Below, one piece after another: positions 53,954 to 64,000 of a stretch of 64,000 nt of DNA (within the stretch, counting starts at the first letter, position 1; every line of letters begins with the position of its first letter). This DNA is from Takakia lepidozioides. Taxonomy: Eukaryota > Plantae > Bryophyta. The notes under the pieces are model-generated. The model was not told where the DNA came from. It did not search any database and saw nothing but the letters and a program-made list of their open reading frames with translations. The DNA is taken from assembly GCA_030704615.1 (NCBI GenBank), contig CM060732.1, positions 71,238,001-71,302,000 of the forward strand, in the 5' to 3' direction. The position numbers were made by a program, and so were the translations under genes.

Positions 53954-56900
53954 TTACTCACATGAAAAGTCGTTGTCGACCTGCTTATCTTCGGGATCGT
54001 CATCATTTCGAATATGAATCCGATCAGTCTGTGTGCCTGAAGTGGAGCCAGACAAAAGGGGGAGGAGCACTGTGTTGTAGAGGTCAGAATCACCCTCCAT
54101 ACCAAAAAGGCTTCTTCCGCCTGCCTTGCATGCGTGGTAAGTTGCTCCTGCACCAGACAGGAGAACATAAGCAGTTTGGAGGAGGGGATTTAAGCAGATG
54201 AAACTGTTGAAAGGAAACCAATTCGGAAGGGAGAAAACGAACCTGTGGACACAGAAAGATCGACCACCCGTGCAGAGCGGTGGCTGCATGACTCCAGCAG
54301 TATTTGCATGAATGCTCCTTTGCACCTCTCCAGGGAGTGCCATCTGGTCTCTTCAGAGTCTGACTGGACTGCATGAAGTTGTACAAAATGTCATCGACAT
54401 GGGGCTCATAGGGGGGGTTGACGAAACAACCCTGGTCAGAAATCTCAAAGCTGCGGATGGAGGATGGTGTCTTTGATGTGCAAATCCTCCGCAGGCAGAT
54501 CGCCTCGAACATCCTCGTCTGCCAAAGATAGCAGGTTAGTGTGGTAAACACAATCTAAAGTGGAAGTGTGTACATCGGCTATTCAGAACTCTGACACCAA
54601 AAAACCATGAATCGTTGATGATCGGTGTCGATCATAAAACATTCTACTAGAGTGGAGCTGCAGAGAAAATTGAAACTCATGATCAAAGCATAAGCAGAAG
54701 GCAGACGGCATACCAGCTGACCAGGGAAACCCCCTTTCACAAGGTAGAGGCTGTTCACACAATTCCATGTGCGCAAAACTTCAAACCCTGAAGACTTGAG
54801 GTATGATGCCAATGCCCGACGACTATCATTGTCACATGACTGAAAAAGCAGAAGTGTCCCTGCATCAGAGAGGAAATTGTTACAGAACCCGAATACCCAA
54901 CTCCAGTAGTTGTCCTCGAATTTGTTCCACCCTGGCGTCTTGCCCTTTGGAAGAACTTCTGGCACAGCCTGGCCATCCGGGATGTCGAGAATGACAATGT
55001 CGGCCGCATAAGTTTTCTGCACACCGCACACGAAGGTGGGACCTGTGCTCACCTGCAACAGACATGTTTTTTATAAGAACGATGGCAAGAATGTTTTCAA
55101 AGAACGAGACTGAAATACTGCCAACGAAACATTCAGAGAAAAAGGAAAGAAAGTGGAATTCTCACCAGATTGAGGAATGAGATTATATTGTCCCAGGTAG
55201 GGGATGGCACCCCAGTGTATCCTCTCTTTCGACTCTGCATCATCGAAAGCCAACCCTCATTAACAATTTTCATCTCTCCTGCTGAATCAGAACGGGAAGG
55301 GTGTGGCTTGGCATCGAACACGCACTGAAGAGTGCGGGTATATCTTCCAGCACTAAAGTCCTGCCCACTCTCCATCTCCTTTTCATTCTCCTTCCCCTTG
55401 TCCTTTTCCTTCTCTTTGGACTTGTCTTTGTCCTTTGGCTTTGCTGGTGAGATGGCTATGACATCAACAGCCTTGTCTTTTGGTTTGCGGCCCGCCTTCT
55501 TTCCCTTCTGCGGCGTTCCCTGAGCATCAGGCTCCTTGGCAGCCAAGGTTGCTATGTTTCGTTGATACTCTTCGTCAGTCAAAGGCGCCAGCATCTCAGC
55601 GTTATTGTTCAAGTATTTCATATGCTGTTCTTGAAAGGTCGTGTGCTCAGGTGGGCAGTCAAGGTACCACCCACAGTCTCTGAAGTGAGAAGGACTCCAG
55701 TCCTTCAATATCCCTGCAGTATACATGGTTGGATCGTTTGCAGGGTCCGACCACATGTCAAGATAGTCGGGAATTCCGCTCAGGTGATTTCCTTCCATAA
55801 GCACATATTTCGTGTACCTGAAAAAAGGAGATGAATCCCAACCCACAAAAGCGCTCAGTGAGTAAGATGCAAGTAGAACAGAAAGAATAAAACATGGATT
55901 GAAATGGCTCTGACAACTGCTCCAAGGACCTTTCAGGACCACACTACTGCTCCAGATATGAATGTCGTCAACGCCATTCAGAACATTCCATTCCATGACA
56001 CTGTAAATACATCCTAATCCAGGTGAATGCAAATAAGCGATTAGAAATGACACAGACATAGAAGTGAATGTCGTCAACGACATTCAAGAATGAAGCCAAA
56101 TTATTACTGAAATGAAGCAAAATCACAGGATGGAAATAAAAAAATTGAGTAAGGAACCATCCAGGAAAACTCAATGCACATTCATAACGAACCTATCACT
56201 GAGGACCTCACAACATCACTGTATGTGAATGGCGTCAACGCCATTCAAAAATACAAAAAAGAAACCAATTACTTAGCTCCCCAATCCATGAAATTGAATT
56301 TGTCGTTTTTGAATAATACAGACACAGCTGTGAATGTCGTCAACGACATTCACTTTGGATTTCTTAAAACAGAGCTTATCAAGCCTCCATATTCATCGCA
56401 AGAGGAAAAAACAATGCAGAACAACTGAATGTCTGCATTGACATTCAGCAAAATGAAGTGATCAACCCTCATTGTAACCTCTATGGACATTACAAAAATT
56501 TAAATAACCTTGAGGACCACACAACAACTCCGTATGTGAATGTCGTCAACGCCATTCAAGGACATTATCAATTCTAATCAGGGACAATATAATTGCACCC
56601 TTAGATCCTAACCAGGTGAATTCATATACTCGCTTAAGAATGACTCAGACAAAGAAGTGAATGTCGTCAACGACATTCAATCTGGATCTAAGATTGCAAT
56701 CCATATGAAGCCACAATTTTTCCCAAAAAAACAGTAGAGTTTCAAGTATGACATTTCACCTGTACACAACTCGCATCATGGCCCACTCTCCTCCAACCTG
56801 ACTGTCAAAGTCGTTGGACCGTAAAATGTTACCATCTTTGGAGAACTCCCGGAAAAAACAGTATCTCCAGGTGAGACCTCTCCACTTCCTTATGTATGCC

Positions 56901-59247
56901 TCCAATGACATTTGGGGAGGGGAAACAATCGCAATGTTCAGGTCCTTCAAAGTCTGATCCAGCACAATGACGGCGCGCTTTTCGAGCTGCAAATAGTATA
57001 TTTGTCAGAATTGCAAAAAAGAAACACATCACATACTTGAAGAGAAGAAACAGCATGTTCGAATACACACCTGACTCCAAAATGTAGCCTTGTGGAGCCA
57101 GTTATCAAACACCAAATCACTGATTCCTTCCACCTTTGTGCCAGGCTGTATGGTGCTCTTTGGGAACTGATTCAAGTCCTTTACTGTTTGATCTGAGTTC
57201 CATATCTCCAGCCACCTTATTTTTGTTTGTGGGTCGACCATCGATATGGCCAGCCGGTGCAATTTCTCCTGCTGCATCTCCGGATGCACATGCTTGTCAT
57301 AGTGTGTTTTGATCTGCTGAAGGAACTCAGGACCAAGTCCAGGATCTACTATTCTAAGCTGCTTTCCGAAGGCTGACATCAATTTGGTTCTTCGCATCTC
57401 AAACTCCTTCTTTATTGCAGCTTCCACACCCTTTGATGTCCTTAGTTCCTCTGGTGTAGTGCGGTAATATTCGGATTTTCCTTCTCAGCTGCCTCTGCCA
57501 GTTCTTGCTGCATTCATTCAAGTAGTGATTAGCTCCGAAGGGACTCTAAACATGTATTCGAAAAGTAAACAGATTACAGACTCGGGCTTACCGCATACAT
57601 GTACTCCAGAAACGCCTCTCGTGTCAAAGAATACCAAGTGCCTGCAGCTCTTCCTGTTTCGCACTTCTTGATGATATTGGGTGGTAGTACTGTCCGAAAA
57701 TCATCCAGCTTCATCAGACCAATCCTCTGAATTCGGAATAGTGTGTGAACCAAGCTTGTTGTCACATGCGATTTCTCTGTCGATCTGCAAAAACATTGAA
57801 AACATTGCATTCCTTAACACTGTTTTTTGAGGATCAACAAGACACTACAGAGGGAATCAAATCTCCTGGATGACTTACTTGTTCACGTCGTGCATAGCTG
57901 TAAGAAGCCTAGCGATGTCGTTTCCTGGATCCAAAACCATTGCCTCCACAGCAACATGCTTGTCTTTGTCTTTCGAATGGTGTTTCTGAATGTATCCCAT
58001 CCATGCCAGCAATCGGTGGTTGCCGTCCCAGACGTAGAACATGTGGTTGCAAAATTGCTGGGTGTTCTTTCCCATCATGAGGCCCAGCTCGAACTCCTCA
58101 TTGGCATCTTTCCAGCACTCATCCCAGTTATCACTGATCTCTGGAGAAACTAATGTGCTTTTCCCATTTATATCCGTCAGTGACACATAAAAAACTTGTG
58201 CACCAAGTCTATATCCATGCACAAAATCACTCTCCAATTTTGTTATGTCATGGGAAAGAGGTGGACGCACAACAGGCATTGATATCATCCGGCACAGAGG
58301 TATGTCCAGACGCCCTCCAGATACGAGCATGTCCCTTATAACCTCCTGAGAGTTTACCTTCTGGAATGACATGAGTTCTTTCACCTTGTCAAGGTAGTGC
58401 ACTTCGGATTCATCTGCTTCATCTGTATTCTCTGAGCTTTTTGCGGACTCGTCCCCATCTCCAGATCCTTTCCCCTCTGATCCTGTAGGCTTCGACCTCA
58501 CAGTTTTCTGCACGATGCCATTCAGTTCTGACTAAGTGATTTGCAAATAGTGAATGGCGGTAACGACAATCACTCTGTATCAAGGAAACTCACCATGAAT
58601 GGTGTGAAAGAATTCAGCACAATCTACACATGCAAAGCCGAGACTGCCGTATTCAAAACAAAAGTGAGAGCGATAGCGAACGGCGTTAACGACAATCACA
58701 AAAGATAACAACCTGCCGGATCGGTGTTGTGTAATGACATATATGTGCAACTGATTGGCGGCAACGACATTCAGTGTAGTTTAGGGAGAATAGTAAGTGC
58801 AGACTCTCTCTTCAAACACATAGGTACATAAATCTCATGAGCAGAATCGAATGGCGTTAACGACGCTCGCGATTCAGTAGTTCCTGCTAAAGAATGGAAG
58901 AGGAAGGACTCCTTGAAAGGCAATCACACAGACTATATGATAAAACTTACTGGCACCTTCTTAGGTTTTGAAATTTGATCCCCTTCTGCAGCTTTCCTCT
59001 TCCCTCTCACATCTGCTGGAGTTTCTGTCTGCGCAAGGGTTTCTTGACCTTCTTCAGGTTCGGCGTTCCGCGTGCTTCCACCTTCTTCAGTGTCCCTGCG
59101 ATTCATCTCTGCCTCCACAGGCTGGCGCACTCTTATCGCCGACTGTGTCGCAGCCGCTGCCTCAGTCTCCGTCTGCTCTTGTGAATCAGTCTCCGCGTTC
59201 ACCTGCTGCCTTGGCCCTGTGTTCTCCAACAAACGACGCCTCGTCAT
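53954..59247 (-). CDS. ParB/Srx-like domain fused to a beta-class N6-adenine/N4-cytosine DNA methyltransferase-like domain; exons approx. 59247-58951, 58507-57879, 57784-57592, 57507-57071, 56986-56760, 55817-55166, 55052-54714, 54518-54243, 54147-53954; two frameshifts (approx. 57478 and 54315)
   Basis: VRP...FYVWDGNHRLLAW (ParB-like); ADIVILDIPDG (motif IV-like)...FLSDAGTLLLF...PWRGAKE...LLESCS....VVDLSVSTG|ATYHACKAGGRSLFGMEGD (motifs X-I-II); GT-AG introns with compatible phases. Confidence 0.75.
55959..56679. repeat. Intronic array of seven 22-bp palindromes TGAATG(T/G)CGT-CA-ACG(A/C)CATTCA
   Basis: Copies start at 55959, 56065, 56226, 56331, 56426, 56537 and 56658. Confidence 0.95.
58551..58869. 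repeat. Second intronic array, four degenerate copies of the same palindrome
   Basis: 58551 tgaatggcggtaacgacaatca; 58677 cgaacggcgttaacgacaatca; 58752 tgattggcggcaacgacattca; 58848 cgaatggcgttaacgacgctcg. Confidence 0.85.
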
Positions 59248-60102
59248 TTTCTCTCTTGCTCTGCGTCTCTCTCTAAGGGAAGTAAAATAAAGAGACTTTC
59301 TTCTCTTTCGTATTCTAGAAGGAACCCTCTCCAGCTTGACTACCACTCTCCCTCTAAGCGCGAAAAGTAGAAAAACGCAGTGACTCTCGATTTCTTGCGG
59401 GATTGCCTGTGTTCTTGCGTGTCTCTAGAAGCATCGGATTCCCTCCCGCGTGACCGTTACACATAGTCGTTTCGTTATTAGTGCACATGCCAGCAATTGG
59501 TGTACAGCTGTTCGTATTCAGTTATGGATGTCTGACGTGTGCCGCCCAAAACAAAACGGCGTGTTCTAAATTATAACTGGTTCAATATTTAAAAAGAACA
59601 GCGAATCCCAGAAATTGATGCGCAGTCTTAAACAAATAAATATAAATGAACGAGAGTTTGATGACAAATTTTGGAATATCATACACGGTCATCCTTGTTA
59701 TCCAAACCCCACATTCGTTGCACATTTGGAACTTTCCAGGTGCGCATGATCATTGGTAGTAGTATATAGATACATTTACTTAATCTGCAATCCCATTCTC
59801 GGATCCTGTGGCATGCTTCCAGGAAGTCGGCTTTGTTATTGGGTTTATTGATGAGGTTCTGATTAACGGTTTAACAGTTGCCGACACTGCCCCTATGGAT
59901 TCTCTGACCACTGGGCCCACAAGAAAAGTAATTAAAATGGACGGCTGCATATCTGGAATGAATAACAGAATATGCACAGTCGTTATCTGAGCTTCCTCCG
60001 CCATATGCTCTGCTCATTCTTCAACTGTGTTCTGGAGACAGCAGTAAACCGATTTACACTAGATCTGCGATAGCAAGGTACAAACATACTCGAGGAAGGA
60101 AG

Positions 60103-63100
60103 ATGGCTTCCTCTGAAGCGGAGTTCTTCTCAGACGACAAACCAGTGCCGTTCTCCCAGGAAGTCCTTGACAATGGATTTGCAATTGTTCTGGAACATGT
60201 CTTGGCTACCCGTTTTCAGCTGCAGAATGGCTCCATCTTTTTGGAGAAAGAGGTTTACGATCTGAAAGGGAAGTTGGTGAAATATTCTTTCCAAAACCGT
60301 GATGAGACGGCTCATATCAGCCAGTGGAGAGTGCGTCCTGGTCGATACAGAGTACTTGGAGAGCCTCGGCGAAAGTCCCTTGGGTCATATGTGACGCCCG
60401 GGACTGCTGCTTCGGTCGTTGAAGACAAGAGGGAGGTGGTGGTGAAAAAAGAACAGACTTCCTCCACTCCAATCGTTGAGCTTTCGGATTCTTCCGATGA
60501 TGACATAAGTGAAATTCCAAATCCAGTCCTTCCTACTGTGGTTGCAGAAGCTGATGAAGAAGAGATTTGTAGTGTCATTCCAAAATTGCGGGCGATGGGA
60601 GGAATGGCTGGATTCAAAAGTGAGTTGCGGGGAATTGATTGGGAATCTTTGAAGCAGGTGCCTGTGAAGTTCTTGCCGGAGACTTTTGATGGCGATATCC
60701 TATTCGAGCTGCCTCCTCCTCCGCGAGTTGGAGGTGTAACAATCATGATGCATGGAATGGACAAGAAACACGACGGGCACCCGTGGTGCAGAACAAAAAC
60801 ATCCAATATTCAGAATGATGACAAGCTTGTTTTCAGGAGGACAGTTTGCAATGGACACCTTAGGTGTGATAATTTGAATTGCAGACACTTTCTTCAGTCT
60901 GGAGTTCATAATCAAAGCGAATGGGAGGGTCTGGCGGAGAATCCATTTCAGCCTGGGACTGCCCCTCCACCGGCAAACACTTTCGTCTGCAAATTCTGCA
61001 AACTTGTGCCATCCTGCTTGGCGCTCTGCGGAGCAAGAATGTACTATGTTGTCCACCGTTTGAATACAATGACGAGAGCTTGTGTGCATTTTGGATTCCA
61101 TAACCATCCTGTCTCGAAGGGGGATTACAGGGAGAGTGTTGAGACAGTATCGAGGTTGATCAAACAGGAGTTCGGGAGAAACCCATCCGCAACAACATCT
61201 GCAATTGCTCTTGGCGCAAGCAAGTCCTTCTTGGAAAGCCATATTTTGAGTGAAGGAGATTCTGTGGGGACTAAACTTGACGGTGCAGCATTGGACCTGG
61301 TCATGGATCATTTCTCCACTTTAAGTTCACCTAACATTCGGCATCAGATCAATGCATTGAGAATGGGCTCTGGGATCAGAGGCTACATAGACAATATTTT
61401 GGAATTGAAACGACTGAGCAAGTACGATTACATCCAGGACAATGTATTCCCAGGTCAAGGTGCCATCAAAGTTTTTCTTTTCAAAATGTCGACTGTTGGG
61501 GAGGGCAGTGGGGTTAGCCTCGTGAAGCGGATGCAAAAGACTGGGGACTTGCAGAACTGTTTTCTTATGTTTGATCATGTGAAACGAGTGAAGGATTGGA
61601 CGACAATGGCTTGTCATGTCTACGATCCAGTGTACCAACGAGTTATGACAATTGCAGTTTGTGACATGCAATCCGAGGATACGGAATCCCAGAAGCTCAT
61701 GTGGAATTCCCTGATACGTGTCATGGGCTGCCATGGGCTGCCATCTCCAAATTTCGCAGGTTTCATGGCGGATAGTGCTCAAGCAAATTTCAATGCTATT
61801 CGTATTGTCTTCGGATCGGGCGACCCAAAAGTGCCTATGCCAGGAAGAGAGCGTACATGTCTATTCCATTGGACACAATCTCTGGAAAAACATACAAAGT
61901 CGGACATCAAACCAGAGATGCAGACTCAGCACCGTAAATTGTGCAAAGAGTACAAAGATGCTAGAACAATGAAGGAGGCGGACACTTTGTTCCAGACAAT
62001 TCGTGCCTGGTGGTTCTCTTCTGGAGCTGCATCACTTGAGAGTATGAGAACATTGGAAGATTGGCTGGTGTTTTGGCACTTCCGGTATAGACAGTGGGGA
62101 GCAGCCATGACAATGGTACGAGGCTTCTATTTCATGCTTTATTCATACATTTGCTTTCCATATTTTTGACTCATTGCTTTCTTTATGTTGTTTCCTGTGC
62201 ACTATTCTGAAGTGTGGTTATCCTCTTTGCAGAACATGTCCATTGAGGAAATAGCAGACATGCCATCTTGCAATTTGGCAGAAATTGTGCACAATGCATG
62301 GTTGCAGCAGTCTGGGAAACGAGGTCGGGATTTGTATGTGGCAACAACAGATGATTTGATACGTGCCTTGCAACAACAAACCGATACCGTGATTTCTTAC
62401 GAGGTGGGGGTGGTGGTGGCAAGGGTCCGGACAAAATCGGAGTTGATGTTGCGTGCTGCAAACAGATCTGGGGATCCAATCAAGATAGCACGGGCGGTGA
62501 GCATGTATGCCCAGGGAACGCCACTTGTTTCTAGAGTTCCACATCTTGAAGGGGAGGAGAGATTCGGCTCCTGTAAGAGGAAATTGAACACTCCACCTGT
62601 TCGGATTCAGATTCCCACAGGGCAGACCGTGATAACTTCTCGAAGCCTCGTGTTCCCCTGCATGACAGCTCCGTGTCCGGAAACCTCCATTGTGGAGGAA
62701 CCTCCAACACGACGGCAAGCTCCAGCATCAAACCGTGCCACTGAAATGGTGCAGGAGAGAAACAACCCCCTTGATGTGCTTGAGTCCGCATGCCCCGACC
62801 ACGTTTGGCACATAGAACGCACAAGTGTCGGGTCTCGTGTGAAATGTACAGCGATCAGGGCAACTAATTTCGAGAAGTGCACTTCATCTATATCCAGAGG
62901 TGGTGCCGAACTCCTGCTCCGACTTTCACGGGCTTGATGCGTCCATATGGTCAACCAGAAGCCAAGAACCACAAGTTCTGGTTCTGCGCAGATGATTGTG
63001 CCAGATGTGTGCATGGAACTGTGCGTCCTTCCGTAGTGATGAAGCCATCTCCTCCAACCGTTTGGCCCGTGAAGGTGGGAACATATCTTAGCTTTCAGGA

Positions 63101-63600
63101 GATTGAAATGCTGGAGGAGGCAGGTTTTTCCCTTGCGAGACAACCCCAACTCCATGCATGTGCTACTACTCCTGCGTCCTCCCGGGTCCCCCCGGCAAAT
63201 CCTGACTTGTGGCCAACCAAACGAGATGGAAAGCTCGTTCGGCGTTTCCCTCCAAACGCGCTGAACACTTTGGCAAAGTGGAGTCCGCAAGAATGCTCCA
63301 AGCTCGTGTCGGAAGCACCACGGAAGTACCCGATCCAGGATATGGTCGGGTATTCACATCATCACTTCCACATCTGCTGTTCATGACAGGACCTACGACA
63401 TCACGGTTTCCAATTTCCCCAATTGCACATGTCTGATTTTGAATATGCTATAAACCAGTTGGGCAAGAGAGGTAAATTCATACCCTGCAAACATTTGTAT
63501 TTCATATTTTTGAGGAGGATGGTTTGCGATCCCAAACGTGACAACTTCATTCACCAGGCCACTATGAGTTTCACGAGGTCGATACTCTTTTGCAGCGGGA
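60103..63600 (+). CDS. Mutator-like (MULE) transposase with GCM-like zinc domain and C-terminal SWIM finger; exon 1 60103-62115 intact, exon 2 from 62233 with several frameshifts
   Basis: DGHPW..T......C.GHL.C....C...CKFC......C......H.G.HNHP; MFDHVKR (D1), MADSAQANFNAI (D2), CLFH (CxxH), NLAEIVHN (E); FPNCTC...PCKHLYFIF (SWIM). Confidence 0.85.
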
Positions 63601-64000
63601 TAAACAACATGGGTAGCATGAACTATGTAATGTGGTATGTGGATGACCATGATTTGAAATGTGTAATTCACATCAATCGTCGGCTGTGCAATGATATGGC
63701 CTCCAACTATACGGAGTGAGGTCTGAGTGACAACTTTTAGGTAGTGCACATTTGTCATTGCACCGTTCGAAGTCTACATGTCTTGCTGTCGCTATGCACT
63801 ACAATCATCTTTTGAAGATGATCATAACTCTCATTGTTATTTGAGGAGGGAGGAAGTTCTTCTCGTGGCAGCCTTTATGGCGCACACACTTTGTGAGGAT
63901 ATTTTGTCGTCTTCGTAATTGTAAAGTGAAACAAACATTTGTAATTGCACAATGTTGGATGCTGCAATTGTAGGCCTCAAAGCTCGTCTTGATTCTATTT

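Larger units (their letters stand above)
52927..64000. mobile_element. Large Mutator-like DNA transposon with two divergent genes; right end not seen in the window
   Basis: Abrupt break of the gag-like frame into GC-rich CGTGAGC/CACGTCA repeats, then TGGATGA repeats, a cargo gene and a MULE-type transposase; no second TIR or TSD available to confirm the boundary. Confidence 0.65.

Noticed and set aside
55959-56679. CRISPR array interpretation of the palindrome cluster
   Set aside because: Spacers are long and variable (73-139 bp) and partly homologous to each other; the array is in a spliceosomal intron and no cas genes are present
53954-59247. Bacterial contamination as the source of the ParB-MTase gene
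   Set aside because: Eight phase-compatible GT-AG introns and contiguity with plant genes and TEs

Overview
Eukaryotic, intron-containing land-plant genomic DNA; gene content and style suggest a non-seed plant, probably a moss (inference). Host genes: a VNS-type (VND/NST/SMB-like) NAC transcription factor (10.3-11.6 kb), a decaying cluster of PLS-class PPR genes (17.8-25 kb), an STK11IP/LIP1-like LRR gene (29.3-31.7 kb), a WD40 gene (33.5-36.7 kb, minus), an intact PLS-E-DYW RNA-editing factor (40.8-43.7 kb, minus) and a TCHQD-class GST (47.9-49.0 kb). Repeats: two tRNA-derived SINE families, a hAT-like MITE (2 copies), two stacked LINE 3' ends sharing one target duplication, and an LTR plus gag start. 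The most interesting part is 52.9-64 kb: an apparent large Mutator-like element inserted in that gag. It encodes a transposase with a GCM-like zinc domain, a DDE core and a SWIM finger. Head-to-head with it is a 9-exon gene fusing a ParB/Srx-like domain to a bacterial-type beta-class N6A/N4C DNA methyltransferase fold. Two introns of that gene hold 11 copies of a 22-bp palindrome with a compensatory base change (parS-like). Second highlight: the PPR genes carry N-terminal exons encoding an OSB-type PDF (organellar ssDNA-binding) motif. All domain calls come from motif recognition by eye; no database searches were run.
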